The notes under the pieces are model-generated. The model did no database searches. It saw only the letters and a program-made list of their open reading frames with translations, and was not told where the DNA came from. The position numbers were made by a program, and so were the translations under genes. A stretch of DNA of 59,497 nucleotides from an uncultured Bacteroidota bacterium (GTDB lineage Bacteria; Bacteroidota; Bacteroidia; UBA4408), in NCBI GenBank assembly GCA_903840505.1, contig CAIMGI010000014.1:1-59497 (forward strand), given 5' to 3'. Positions 9,830 to 20,497 of the stretch are shown in pieces (position 1 is the first letter of the stretch; every line of letters starts with the position of its first letter).

Positions 9830-11467
9830 TTAATCTACGTTATCGTGTAAAAACGAATTGTTTGGTTTAATCTCTGCTTTGTTATCATCACCATCCGTTA
9901 AGGTATAACGAGATATGTTCGACTCGCTTGAATGAGGTACAGAAGATAAATTTACATTTCTTCTCACATAAGCAGGCTCACTTTCCATATCCGACAAACC
10001 TTGTGGCGTTTTAATTTTAAAGCTAATTTGTTTCAACTTAGCAATACGCTCATTTGCCTTTTTCTGTTGCTCTTCAGCCGAAAAGGTTTTCAGTGTTATC
10101 TCTTCATTTGTTGAATCATTCTTCACTTCATTATCGAGCGTATTTACAATCGATGAAGTCATTTCAGTAGAACTCACATAAGAATTTGTTTGCGGTTCAA
10201 CAATGCTTGAAGTTATTTCCAATTCAACACTGTTGCTTACTTCCACCGATGATTTCAAATAAGGTTCTTCTTGTATATTTGAAACAACATCATTCTTTAC
10301 TTCATTGATAATTTCACTTGGAGTTTGAGCCGCTTCAATTTTCAATTGAGGCTCTTCCACTAATGGACTAACAACAGGAGTAACGATTGCCGCTACCGGC
10401 TCAACTATTTGTTCTGCGATTGGAGTAACTACAGGAGCAACATCATTGGTTAGCACGTGTCGCACTACTTCCTTTTGCTTGTTCGCAGCTTGGTAACCCA
10501 AATCTGCTTTGCTGGTAAAGCCTGTTGCAATAATGGTAACACTTACTTTATCGCCCAAGCTATCGTCAATACCGTAACCTTTTATTAGCTCGGCAGTTTG
10601 TCCTGCAGCTTCTTGTATATAATCTGTAATCTCTCCTAACTCATCCATCGTAATCTCTTCCGAGCCACAAGTAATGTTTAACAATACATAACGTGCACCT
10701 GAAATATTGCTATCGTTTAATAATGGTGATGACAGTGCTTGTTCAACAGCTTTAATAGCACGATTTTCACCGGTTGCCCAAGACGAACCCATAATGGCAA
10801 CTCCGCTATCTTTCATTACCGTTTGAATATCTGCAAAGTCGGTATTGATGTGCAATGTTGTAGTAATGATGTCAGCAATTCCTTTTGCTGCAGTTGTTAA
10901 AATATCATCAGCATGACCAAATGCTTCTGTCAATTTTAAATTACCGTATATCTCTCTTAATTTATCGTTGCTGATAATAAGCAACGTATCAACGTGCTTT
11001 TTTAATTCCTCCAAACCTTGCTCGGCTTGTTGTCTTCTTTTTTTACCTTCAAATCCAAAAGGAACTGTTACAATACCTACGGTAAGTATTCCCATATCTT
11101 TGGCAACACTTGCAATTACCGGTGCCGCACCTGTTCCGGTACCACCACCCATACCTGCAGTAATAAATACCATTTTAGTACTGTTGCCCAATATGGATCT
11201 TAACTCTTCAATATTTTCGATGGCTGCATTTTTACCAACTTCGGGCATTGAACCGGCACCACGACCTTCTGTTAAAGTTGTCCCCAATGCTATTTTATAA
11301 GGAACGGGACTAATGTCGAGTGCTTGCTTGTCGGTGTTACAAACAATAAAGTCAACTCCATTAATACCTTGACGATACATATGGTTAACGGCATTGCTTC
11401 CGCCACCGCCCACACCAATTACTTTAATTATGGAAGATTGGTCTGTTGGTAAATCGAATTTCATCAT
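9830..11467 (-). CDS. ftsZ: cell division protein FtsZ
   Basis: Tubulin signature GGGTGTGAAP and N-terminal VIGVGGGGSNAV. 545 aa with a long low-complexity linker and a conserved C-terminal peptide. Confidence 0.97.
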   Translation of the reverse strand: MMKFDLPTDQSSIIKVIGVGGGGSNAVNHMYRQGINGVDFIVCNTDKQALDISPVPYKIALGTTLTEGRGAGSMPEVGKNAAIENIEELRSILGNSTKMVFITAGMGGGTGTGAAPVIASVAKDMGILTVGIVTVPFGFEGKKRRQQAEQGLEELKKHVDTLLIISNDKLREIYGNLKLTEAFGHADDILTTAAKGIADIITTTLHINTDFADIQTVMKDSGVAIMGSSWATGENRAIKAVEQALSSPLLNDSNISGARYVLLNITCGSEEITMDELGEITDYIQEAAGQTAELIKGYGIDDSLGDKVSVTIIATGFTSKADLGYQAANKQKEVVRHVLTNDVAPVVTPIAEQIVEPVAAIVTPVVSPLVEEPQLKIEAAQTPSEIINEVKNDVVSNIQEEPYLKSSVEVSNSVELEITSSIVEPQTNSYVSSTEMTSSIVNTLDNEVKNDSTNEEITLKTFSAEEQQKKANERIAKLKQISFKIKTPQGLSDMESEPAYVRRNVNLSSVPHSSESNISRYTLTDGDDNKAEIKPNNSFLHDNVD

Positions 11468-11516
11468 TTTGTATTTATTTTAATTGTTATTTATAATATG
11501 TTTAATTTTTCTATTC

Positions 11517-12836
11517 TCATTGAGGGTCTTCCTTGAACCAATCTTCGCTTTTGCGAAGCAAATTGTCAAACCAACTGCCTATTTTTTTCTCGCTGTGTCC
11601 TTTTATCTCGCCTTTATTTTCTTCTTTGCTATCGGGTTCTTCTAAAAAGGAAGTACCTGCATTTGCAGTCTCTACCTTTTTGCTTTTCGTTTGTTCGAAT
11701 GAACGCAATACCAATCCAACACCTGTTGCATACATCGGGCTTGTAACATCTTCAACACCTTTGGTAAGATGCTCATTCGGATACCCGATACGTGTATCCA
11801 TTCCGGTAATGTATTCTATAAGTTGTGTAACGTGTTTCAATTGAGCCCCACCTCCTGTTACAACAATTCCCGCAATTAACTTTTTCTCAAAACCCGAACT
11901 TTTTATTTCGTAATAAACGTGCTCGATAATTTCCTCCATTCTTGCCTCAATAATGTGAGCAAGGTTCTTCACAGATATTTCTTTGGGCTCACGTCCACGT
12001 AAACCGGGAATTGAAACAATTTCATTTTCTTGGTTTAGACTTGCCAAGGCTGAGCCAAATTTTATTTTCAATAATTCAGCTTGCGTTTTGATAATGGTGC
12101 AACCCTCCTTAATATCTTCCGTAATCACATTTCCACCAAAAGGAATTACTGCAGTGTGACGGATAATTTTATCGTAGAAAATTGCCACATCCGTTGTTCC
12201 GCCACCAATATCAACCAATGCAACACCTGCCTCTTTCTCCTCTGAGCTAAGCACTGCATCGGCAGAAGCAAGTGGTTCAAGTGTAAGTCCTGCAACTTCC
12301 AGTCCCGCCTTTCGAACACACTTAATCAAATTATTAATCGCGGCAATTTGTCCGGTAATGATATGAAAGTTGGCTTCCAACCTAATTCCTGACATTCCAA
12401 TCGGATCCTTAATCCCCACTTCATTGTCGACAATATACTCTTGTGGGAGTACGTGAATAATTTCTTCTCCAGGATTCATCACCAACTTGTACATATTGTC
12501 GATGAGTTGATCAATATCCTTTTGACTAATCTCTTCCTCTAAACTATTGCGTGTGTGTATGCCTCTGTGTTGTAAACTGCGTATATGCTGACCTGCAATA
12601 CCCACATTTACCACTTTAATATTTACACCCGCCTTGCTTTCTGCCTCCTCCACCGCAAGTCGAATAGACTGAACTGTTTTTTCAATATTTGATACAACAC
12701 CACGCACAACACCAAGAGAATCGGTTTTTCCTAAACCCAATATCTCTATTTTACCAAATTCGTTTTTGCGACCAACCATCGCAACAATTTTGGTAGTTCC
12801 AATATCTAAACCTACAACTATTTCATCTGACTTCAT
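11517..12836 (-). CDS. ftsA: cell division protein FtsA
   Basis: Actin-fold motifs GLDIGTTKIVAMV and VDIGGGTTDVAIF. Located between ftsQ and ftsZ. Confidence 0.95.
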   Translation of the reverse strand: MKSDEIVVGLDIGTTKIVAMVGRKNEFGKIEILGLGKTDSLGVVRGVVSNIEKTVQSIRLAVEEAESKAGVNIKVVNVGIAGQHIRSLQHRGIHTRNSLEEEISQKDIDQLIDNMYKLVMNPGEEIIHVLPQEYIVDNEVGIKDPIGMSGIRLEANFHIITGQIAAINNLIKCVRKAGLEVAGLTLEPLASADAVLSSEEKEAGVALVDIGGGTTDVAIFYDKIIRHTAVIPFGGNVITEDIKEGCTIIKTQAELLKIKFGSALASLNQENEIVSIPGLRGREPKEISVKNLAHIIEARMEEIIEHVYYEIKSSGFEKKLIAGIVVTGGGAQLKHVTQLIEYITGMDTRIGYPNEHLTKGVEDVTSPMYATGVGLVLRSFEQTKSKKVETANAGTSFLEEPDSKEENKGEIKGHSEKKIGSWFDNLLRKSEDWFKEDPQ

Positions 12837-12843
12837 CTTATTC

Positions 12844-13644
12844 TTATTGCTGTGCTTTGGTACAAACTACTTGATTTTTATATTTTAGGTTTATTTTTGT
12901 ATAAACGTTCCATCCTGTTTTATTAAGACCTTCCTTATAAAACACCAAGAGTTTATTAAACTTATCCCTTAAATCCGTTGCATCACCAAGCAGTATACGG
13001 TGATTTCCAAATACAGGTATTAATTCTATTTCTCTATCTGCGTTAATATAAATCTGTTCTATTTGCGCTTTCCAAAATTCGCTTTCATTAATATATTTAG
13101 CAAGTAAATAAAGGTCATCTATGATGAATTTTGTCAACAGGGTGTCGTTAATATCTCTGCTGAGGAGGTCAAGCGAGTAGGTATTTGCATACGACTCAGT
13201 GATGAGACCGGTTGCTATCGGAACCCTTGCTGTATATGACTCTGACAGTGGCATCAACTTCCCTTCCAGGTCAATATAATAGCTATCATTTTTGTAGTTA
13301 ATTACTCTCAAAATTGGGGTTCTTTGCTTCACATATATCTTAATTTCACCGTCAATGCTTTCCGAAACTTGTGCTTTTTCAATGGATGGATTTTGAAGAT
13401 AGGCCATTTCAAGTTTTTTAATATCGATTGATTCAAGCGGTTGACCAATCAATGAATCGCCTTTATCATAGGCTGTTTGAAGAATATCGATACGGTTAAT
13501 AAAGTTGGCATCTTCATTTTCTTCAATCACTATATCCACTTTACTGCAAGGCATTCTGTCGTGCTGCTTTTTTACAAAACCAAGCACTACAATAAGTAAA
13601 ACACTCAACAAAACCCAACCTGCTATGCGGATAATCTTCTTCAT
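12844..13644 (-). CDS. ftsQ: cell division protein FtsQ (POTRA domain)
   Basis: 266 aa, single N-terminal TM helix and bitopic architecture. Its position between murC and ftsA fits, and it overlaps murC by 4 nt. Confidence 0.8.
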   Translation of the reverse strand: MKKIIRIAGWVLLSVLLIVVLGFVKKQHDRMPCSKVDIVIEENEDANFINRIDILQTAYDKGDSLIGQPLESIDIKKLEMAYLQNPSIEKAQVSESIDGEIKIYVKQRTPILRVINYKNDSYYIDLEGKLMPLSESYTARVPIATGLITESYANTYSLDLLSRDINDTLLTKFIIDDLYLLAKYINESEFWKAQIEQIYINADREIELIPVFGNHRILLGDATDLRDKFNKLLVFYKEGLNKTGWNVYTKINLKYKNQVVCTKAQQ

Positions 13645-15065
13645 TGAGCTATCAATTTTTTTCTGATGGGTTCAACAAATGTATCTATATCACCTGCTCC
13701 TAGTGTAAGTAATACTTGCAATTCACGATTACATACTTCCTCAACAAGTTCTGTTTTTTGAGAAATAATTTTATGCTTCGATTTCATTTTATCGAGCAAC
13801 ATTTGAGAACTCACCCCTTCAATGGGTAATTCTCTTGCCGGATAAATTTCCATCAATATTGTTTCATCCAACAAATCAAGACTTTTTGCAAAATCATCAG
13901 CAAAGTCGCGTGTCCTGGAATATAAGTGAGGCTGGAAAATTCCGGTTACCTTTTTATTGGGATACATTTCCTTTACTGAATTGATACAGGCTTTTAGCTC
14001 TTCGGGATGATGTGCATAATCATCTATGAAAACAAGATTAGACGTTTTAATTTGGTAATCGAATCTCCTTTTAACTCCCTTAAAAGTTAGCAAAGCCTTT
14101 CTTATGTCCTCTTCCTTTATGTTCAGTAAACAGCCAACAGCAACGGCTGAAACAGAGTTCTCAACATTGTGCAATCCAGGAAGTCCTAAAATGAAATTTT
14201 TAAAAATACCATTTGGAGTATGTACATCATAATGGTATTCTCCGGCCTGAATTGTAATGTTGCTTGCATAATAATCGGCAGAAGTATCATTCACAGAATA
14301 GGTAATCGGTTTCTTCCCGGTTTCAATATTTTTCTCAATACTCTTTTTTACTATCAAGCTTGATTTAACTTGTCGCGCGAAAAGAGAATAAGACTCTTCC
14401 ATAAATTTTTTATCTCCGTATATATCCAAATGGTCAGCATCAACAGAAGTAATAACAGCTATTTCGGGGTGTAATGTTAAAAATGAACGATCGTATTCAT
14501 CGGCCTCTACAACAATGAGGTGTTGTTTTAAATAATCAGGATTGGATGTAGAAGGCTGTGCTTTTAAACTCTCACCCAATAGTAAATTGGTATTGTAGTT
14601 TTGCGTAATGCCTCCCAAAAATGCTGAACAATCAAGATTGGCAGCTTTTAAGAGATGTGCAATCAAAGAGGATGTTGTAGTTTTTCCGTGCGTTCCTGCC
14701 ACAGCGATAGTATGTGATTGTTCTGTAATTAATCCGAGAACCTCGGACCGCTTTTTAATGTTAAACCCGTTTAAATTAAAAAACACATACTCGCTATGGT
14801 CTTTAGGAACAGCAGGTGTAAAAACTATTAAATGATTAGACTTTGATTCGGGATTCAAGTCTTTAAAAATTTCAGGAAGTAAATTAATATTGTCTTCAAA
14901 ATGTATGTTAATTCCTTCGGCAATTAATTCATCGGTTAGCTTGGTTGGTGTTTTATCATAACCGCTTACACTTTTCCCCATTGCATTAAAGTACCTTGCA
15001 AGGGCACTCATACCGATACCTCCGATACCCAAAAAATAAATACTGTTTATATTTTCGAGCTTCAT
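13641..15065 (-). CDS. murC: UDP-N-acetylmuramate--L-alanine ligase
   Basis: FLGIGGIGMSALA N-terminus and the Mur ligase P-loop AVAGTHGKTTTSS. 474 aa. Confidence 0.95.
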   Translation of the reverse strand: MKLENINSIYFLGIGGIGMSALARYFNAMGKSVSGYDKTPTKLTDELIAEGINIHFEDNINLLPEIFKDLNPESKSNHLIVFTPAVPKDHSEYVFFNLNGFNIKKRSEVLGLITEQSHTIAVAGTHGKTTTSSLIAHLLKAANLDCSAFLGGITQNYNTNLLLGESLKAQPSTSNPDYLKQHLIVVEADEYDRSFLTLHPEIAVITSVDADHLDIYGDKKFMEESYSLFARQVKSSLIVKKSIEKNIETGKKPITYSVNDTSADYYASNITIQAGEYHYDVHTPNGIFKNFILGLPGLHNVENSVSAVAVGCLLNIKEEDIRKALLTFKGVKRRFDYQIKTSNLVFIDDYAHHPEELKACINSVKEMYPNKKVTGIFQPHLYSRTRDFADDFAKSLDLLDETILMEIYPARELPIEGVSSQMLLDKMKSKHKIISQKTELVEEVCNRELQVLLTLGAGDIDTFVEPIRKKLIAQ

Positions 15066-16210
15066 TTTTGTTCCACCAATTTTAAAATTTCATTTGCAAT
15101 AACCGCTGCCGATTCTTTAAAAGCAAGTTTTGCAATGTTATCGCCCAACATTTTACATTGCGACTCATTATTGATAAGTTCAATTGCTGTTGAACACAAT
15201 TTGTCCTTCGCCTCACTATCCTTTATAAGTATTGCTGCATTGCTATTTACAAGTGCCATCGCATTTTTTGTTTGATGGTCTTCGGCTACATTTGGCGAAG
15301 GGATAAGAATGCAAGGCTTTTGTACCAAACATAATTCCGAAACCGAACTGGCTCCGGCACGCGAAATTACCATATCGGCAGCTGCATAAGCCAAGTCCAT
15401 TGTTGAAATAAAATCAAATGCCTTAATTCCTTTATCGGAATAATCTGCCACAGAATGTTGTGCTTGAGGATAAAATAATTTCCCTGTTTGCCAAAGTAGT
15501 TGAATATTGTTTTTTTGAAAAGTATCGATACACGTTACAATACTTTCATTGATTGTTTTTGCTCCTAAGCTTCCACCAATTACCAAAATTGTTTTCTTTC
15601 TTGCATCCAATCGAAAATGCACTATTGCTTTTTCTCTCTTTCCTTCTATCTCCAAAATATCTTGTCTTACCGGATTTCCGGTGAGTATAATTTTTTCCTT
15701 TGGAAAATACTTCTCCATACCATTATAGGCTACACAAATTTTATTTGCCTTTTTTGAAAGTATCTTATTTGTAATACCCGGATATGAATTTTGCTCCTGA
15801 ATAAGTGTGGGAATTCCTTTTCCTGCAGCTACCTGCAAAGTAGGTCCGCTTGCATAGCCTCCTGTACCAATGGCAACATCAGGGTTAAAATATTTAATAA
15901 TTTTTCTAGCTTTAATCAAACTTGAAATAACTTTGAATGGAAACATCAAATTCGAAATTGTCAACTTCCTTTGTAAACCACTTATCCAAAGCCCCACAAT
16001 ATTATATCCTGCAGCAGGAACTTTTTCCATTTCCATTCTACCTTCTGCGCCTACAAATAAAAATTCCGTATTCGGACGCAATACTTTTAATGCATTTGCA
16101 ATGGCAATAGCAGGAAATATATGCCCTCCGGTTCCACCTCCACTAATTATTACTTTAAGCGGTCTCAATTTCGCCTCCTTCCTTTTCTTGCTCAGTTTCA
16201 CGACTAACAC
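15062..16210 (-). CDS. murG: undecaprenyldiphospho-muramoylpentapeptide beta-N-acetylglucosaminyltransferase
   Basis: GGGTGGHIFPA motif, correct size and position. The track start is a GTG at 16210, which overlaps ftsW by 56 nt. A TTG at 16168 preceded by AAGGAGG is an alternative start, so the 5' end is uncertain. Confidence 0.9.
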   Translation of the reverse strand: MLVVKLSKKRKEAKLRPLKVIISGGGTGGHIFPAIAIANALKVLRPNTEFLFVGAEGRMEMEKVPAAGYNIVGLWISGLQRKLTISNLMFPFKVISSLIKARKIIKYFNPDVAIGTGGYASGPTLQVAAGKGIPTLIQEQNSYPGITNKILSKKANKICVAYNGMEKYFPKEKIILTGNPVRQDILEIEGKREKAIVHFRLDARKKTILVIGGSLGAKTINESIVTCIDTFQKNNIQLLWQTGKLFYPQAQHSVADYSDKGIKAFDFISTMDLAYAAADMVISRAGASSVSELCLVQKPCILIPSPNVAEDHQTKNAMALVNSNAAILIKDSEAKDKLCSTAIELINNESQCKMLGDNIAKLAFKESAAVIANEILKLVEQK

Positions 16211-17309
16211 TCAAAATTATTCCTATAGAAATACTTGTAAACCAAATGGATGTTCCTCCCATACTAATAAGCGGCAAAGGCTGACCTGTTACAGGAAACA
16301 AATTTGTGGCAACAGCCATATTTATCATGGCTTGAAATACTAAACTAAATGTGAGTCCTATGGCTAACAAGCTACCAAATGTTTTTTCACTTTTATTTGC
16401 AATACGAATACCCCTAAACAAAATAATGATGTAAAGAAAGACAACAAGCACACCCAATATCATTCCTCCTTCCTCAATCATTATGGCATAAATAAAATCA
16501 GACGATGCTTGCGGTAGAAAGTTTCGTTGAGTACTTTTTCCCGGACCTTTTCCTGTAACACCACCTGTAGCAATTGCTATTTTTGCTTGCTCTGCTTGAA
16601 AATTTGTTTCACTATCTCCGCTAGTAAAATTTTCGATTCGCGCTTTCCAAGTTGCTCCACGAGGAATTGCATTTGGGAAATTAAATATGAGAAGCACAAT
16701 AAATGCAATGGCCAATACCCCAATTGCCAAAAGTGATAAAAGGTGTTTAATATTGATTCTTCCAATAAACATCAGTACAAAACAAGTCGCGAAAAGCAAA
16801 GCCGATGTTGAAAAATTGGCAGGTAAAATAAGTCCGCAGATAAGTGCTATTGGAATAACAATAGGCAAAAATGCAGTCTTAAAATCTTTTATTTGGTCCT
16901 GTTTAATTGAGAGCACCCTTGCTACATACACAATAAGAGCCAACTTTGCAAAATCGGAAGTTTGAAAAGTAAGTGCCGTTCCTGGAATCGATAACCAACG
17001 GTTTGCCTCTCCTGCACTAACACCTTTTAGCAAAGTATACAACAAAAGTGGAATTGCAATAAAAATGGCAATTTGAGAAATACGCGAGTAGTATGTATAT
17101 TTTGTTTTATGAATAAAATACATCAGCACCAATCCCATCAATAAAATGGAACCGTGTTTGAATAAAAAATACTCGGTATTACCACCTTTGTATTTATATG
17201 CAAGCGCACCCGATGAGCTATAAACAACAAGCAAAGAAATAATAGACATAATGAAAACCACCAGCCATATTACTTTATCACCCCTTAATTTGTTGATTAT
17301 ACTTACCAC
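16155..17309 (-). CDS. ftsW: peptidoglycan glycosyltransferase FtsW (SEDS family)
   Basis: About 10 TM helices and the SEDS C-terminal motif PVTGQPLPLISMGGTS. GTG start. Confidence 0.92.
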   Translation of the reverse strand: MVSIINKLRGDKVIWLVVFIMSIISLLVVYSSSGALAYKYKGGNTEYFLFKHGSILLMGLVLMYFIHKTKYTYYSRISQIAIFIAIPLLLYTLLKGVSAGEANRWLSIPGTALTFQTSDFAKLALIVYVARVLSIKQDQIKDFKTAFLPIVIPIALICGLILPANFSTSALLFATCFVLMFIGRINIKHLLSLLAIGVLAIAFIVLLIFNFPNAIPRGATWKARIENFTSGDSETNFQAEQAKIAIATGGVTGKGPGKSTQRNFLPQASSDFIYAIMIEEGGMILGVLVVFLYIIILFRGIRIANKSEKTFGSLLAIGLTFSLVFQAMINMAVATNLFPVTGQPLPLISMGGTSIWFTSISIGIILSVSRETEQEKEGGEIETA

Positions 17310-17319
17310 CTATTCTTAC

Positions 17320-17850
17320 TTATTTTATTGATTGTACTGCAATGCGAAACTGCTCACCTCTGTCTTCATAACTTTCAAACATCTCATAACTTGCACAAGC
17401 AGGAGATAATAACACTACATCACCTGTTTTTGCAACAACATTTGAAAACTGAACAGCTTCTGCCATTGAGTCCGCATCAATAATCATCATTGGAACTTCA
17501 AATTGAAAAGCCGAGAAGAGTTTGTTGTTCTCTTTACCTAAACACACAATTGCCTTTACTCTGTCTTTTACGAGATCAAGCAGCAAAGAATAATCATTCC
17601 CTTTATCTACACCACCCACAATCCAAACAATTGGCTTCGTCATTTTTTCAAGTGCAAACCAAGTGGAATCAACATCAGATGATTTGGAATCATTGATGTA
17701 AGAAATTCCATTTTTTTCAGCTACCAGTTCCAAACGGTGTTCCACATTTGAATTATCCGAAAGAGACTCTCTAACAAGCTCTCTTCTTATTTGTAGCATT
17801 TTACTTTCTTCTTTTACTGAAGTAGATTTTAATTTATTTGTATTTTCCAT
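17320..17850 (-). CDS. stand-alone Mur ligase C-terminal domain protein (MurD domain-3 paralog)
   Basis: 176 aa with an ATG start. It is colinear with about residues 295-445 of the adjacent MurD. Shared blocks include EHRLE, INDSK, VWIVGGVDKGNDY and GDVVLLSPACAS. It has no ATP-binding or N-terminal domain. Confidence 0.75.
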   Translation of the reverse strand: MENTNKLKSTSVKEESKMLQIRRELVRESLSDNSNVEHRLELVAEKNGISYINDSKSSDVDSTWFALEKMTKPIVWIVGGVDKGNDYSLLLDLVKDRVKAIVCLGKENNKLFSAFQFEVPMMIIDADSMAEAVQFSNVVAKTGDVVLLSPACASYEMFESYEDRGEQFRIAVQSIK

Positions 17851-17877
17851 TTTGCTATTTTTAGATTAATATATTGT

Positions 17878-19215
17878 TTATAGTGAGCGTACTGCTTTTT
17901 TAAATTGTCGGCCACGATCTTCAAAATTTTCAAACATATCAAAACTTGCACAAGCAGGAGACAATAAAACAACATCTCCATTCTTTGATAATTGATATGC
18001 GCGCTTAACTGCCTCATCGGCAGAATTAGCATCTACGATAGAAGGAACAATACTCGAAAAAGCTTTGTGAATTTTTTCATTCTCTGTCCCTAAGCAAATA
18101 ATTGCTTTTACTTTCTCTTTCACTAAATCCTTTAGCATATTGTAATCGTTGCCTTTGTCGACACCTCCAACTATCCATACCACAGGGCTGTTCATACTTT
18201 CCAAGGCATACCAAGTTGAATTAACGTTAGTAGCTTTTGAGTCATTGATAAAATCAATTCCGTGAACCTTGGTTACAAATTCCAAACGGTGTTCAATGTT
18301 TTCAAAGTCCGATAAACTATCACGAATGATGTCTTTTCTGATTTCAAGCACTTTGGCTGCAATACCTGCTGCCATTGAATTGTAAATGTTATGCTTGCCT
18401 TGTAAGGCTAAGTCGTGTATTGACATAGAAAAGGGGTTATTGTTTATATTAATTATTAATTCACTTTCATTTTCAAGGAATGCACCTTCTTCAACAGTTT
18501 CTTTTATTGAAAAAGGAATAAGTTTAGCCTCACTTATATTTAGGTTGATATACTTGTTGGTAATCTCATCATCCTTACAATAAATAAATACATCATTGCT
18601 TGTTTGATTTTGTGCGATGCGGAATTTTGAACGTATATAATTTTCAAATTCATACTCATAACGATCCAAGTGGTCGGGAGTAATATTGAGCAATACTGCA
18701 ATGTTCAACCGTGCTTTAAACATTCCGTCCAATTGAAAACTGCTCAATTCCAATACATAATAATCATAGTTATTTTCTGCAACTTGCAGCGCAAAACTCT
18801 TTCCGATATTTCCTCCCAATCCAACATTTAAACCTGCATTTTTAAGTATATGGTAAGTCAATGAAGTTGCTGTTGTTTTTCCATTTGTACCCGTAATACC
18901 TATTATTTTAGCATCCGTATACCTCGAAGCAAATTCAATTTCTGAAACAACTGGAATTTCCCTTTTTAAAGCTTCCTTAATAATTAGAGACTTATCGGGA
19001 ATACCCGGACTCTTCACTATTTCATCAGCATTTAAAATAAGTTCCTCAGTATGCTTCTCCTCCTCAAATTTTATTTTATTCAATTTAAGCATCGACTTAT
19101 ATTCCTCTTTTATCTTCCCTTTATCAGATACAAATACATCAAAACCTTTTTTCTGCGCAAGCACAGCTGCCCCTATCCCACTTTCTGCTCCGCCTAGTAC
19201 AACTAATCTTTCCAT
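17878..19215 (-). CDS. murD: UDP-N-acetylmuramoyl-L-alanine--D-glutamate ligase
   Basis: N-terminal GGAESGIGAA Rossmann-like motif and P-loop GITGTNGKTT. 445 aa, located between mraY and ftsW. Confidence 0.95.
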   Translation of the reverse strand: MERLVVLGGAESGIGAAVLAQKKGFDVFVSDKGKIKEEYKSMLKLNKIKFEEEKHTEELILNADEIVKSPGIPDKSLIIKEALKREIPVVSEIEFASRYTDAKIIGITGTNGKTTATSLTYHILKNAGLNVGLGGNIGKSFALQVAENNYDYYVLELSSFQLDGMFKARLNIAVLLNITPDHLDRYEYEFENYIRSKFRIAQNQTSNDVFIYCKDDEITNKYINLNISEAKLIPFSIKETVEEGAFLENESELIININNNPFSMSIHDLALQGKHNIYNSMAAGIAAKVLEIRKDIIRDSLSDFENIEHRLEFVTKVHGIDFINDSKATNVNSTWYALESMNSPVVWIVGGVDKGNDYNMLKDLVKEKVKAIICLGTENEKIHKAFSSIVPSIVDANSADEAVKRAYQLSKNGDVVLLSPACASFDMFENFEDRGRQFKKAVRSL

Positions 19216-19222
19216 ATAAATT

Positions 19223-20491
19223 CTAGCGAAGTTTTAAGGTTACAAAAGTTAATATGGCAAGCATAACACCTATAATCCAAAAGCGTGTTACTATTTTAGA
19301 TTCGTGAAAACCCATTTTTTGATAGTGATGGTGCAATGGAGCCATTTTAAACAATCTGTGTTCCCGAGCATACTCTATTCCGTGTTTCTGTTTCATCCGC
19401 TTGAAATAAGCAACTTGCATCATTACCGATAAATTTTCAATTAGAAATATTCCGCACAAAATCGGTATCAATAATTCTTTGCGAATTGCCAAAGCAAATA
19501 CTGCTATAATGCCTCCTAAGGCCAGACTTCCTGTATCGCCCATAAATATTTGAGCAGGAAATGAATTGTACCACATAAAACCAACACAAGCTCCGATAAA
19601 GGCTCCGATGAAAATTACCAGCTCACCCGAATTGGGGATGTATAAAATATTTAAATAATTAGCAAAAACAGTGTTACCGGAAACGTAAGCGAACACAGCC
19701 AACGTTACTCCAATAATTGCTGAGGTACCTGCAGCTAGCCCATCTATCCCATCGGTAATATTCGCCCCATTCGAGACCGCAGTAATAATAAAAATCACAA
19801 TTGGAATGTAAATTAACCAAGCCCACTTCTCATATCCATCGCCAATAAATTTCAAAATAGTTGCATAATCAAATTCATTATTTTTAACAAAAGGAATGGT
19901 TGTCTTTAATGATTTGGTTTGGTCTTTCGAGTAGTGTGGTAAATTGTTTGAATTAACATCCTCTTCAAAAATTTCATTCTCCAATGCAACTTCTTGAGAA
20001 TTGTAGATTTTTTCTTTTATCACAACGTGGTCATTAAAATAAAGCGTAACGCCAACAATTAAACCCAATCCTACTTGACCAATTACTTTAAATTTCCCTT
20101 TTAAACCCTCTTTGTTTTTCTTGAACACTTTTATATAATCATCAATAAACCCAATAGTGCCAAGCCAAATGGTAGAAACCAACATAAGTATGATATATAC
20201 ATTGTGTATTTTAGCAAACAGCAAGGTTGGAATAATAATAGAAGCTAGTATAATAAGTCCACCCATTGTAGGGGTTCCTTGTTTTTGTATTTGTCCATCT
20301 AAGCCTAAATCTCTAACAGTTTCACCAATTTGCTTTTTGCGGATGTAATTGATTATTCTTTTTCCAAATACAAGCGAAATAAGCAAGGACACAATTATAG
20401 CCAAAGCCGTACGGAACGATATATACCTAAATACTCCGGCACCCGGGAAATTAATGTACTTATCTAAATAGTCGAATAAATAGTAAAACAT
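19223..20491 (-). CDS. mraY: phospho-N-acetylmuramoyl-pentapeptide-transferase
   Basis: Polytopic membrane protein with the motifs [16 protein letters not shown] and [12 protein letters not shown]. Confidence 0.95.
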   Translation of the reverse strand: MFYYLFDYLDKYINFPGAGVFRYISFRTALAIIVSLLISLVFGKRIINYIRKKQIGETVRDLGLDGQIQKQGTPTMGGLIILASIIIPTLLFAKIHNVYIILMLVSTIWLGTIGFIDDYIKVFKKNKEGLKGKFKVIGQVGLGLIVGVTLYFNDHVVIKEKIYNSQEVALENEIFEEDVNSNNLPHYSKDQTKSLKTTIPFVKNNEFDYATILKFIGDGYEKWAWLIYIPIVIFIITAVSNGANITDGIDGLAAGTSAIIGVTLAVFAYVSGNTVFANYLNILYIPNSGELVIFIGAFIGACVGFMWYNSFPAQIFMGDTGSLALGGIIAVFALAIRKELLIPILCGIFLIENLSVMMQVAYFKRMKQKHGIEYAREHRLFKMAPLHHHYQKMGFHESKIVTRFWIIGVMLAILTFVTLKLR

Positions 20492-20497
20492 ATTTTG

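Noticed and set aside
16155-16210. 56-nt overlap of murG with ftsW as a sign of frameshift or gene fusion.
   Set aside because: The overlap depends on choosing the most upstream GTG. An in-frame TTG at 16168 preceded by AAGGAGG reduces the overlap to 14 nt and gives a canonical MurG N-terminus (M-RPLKVIISGGGTGGH).
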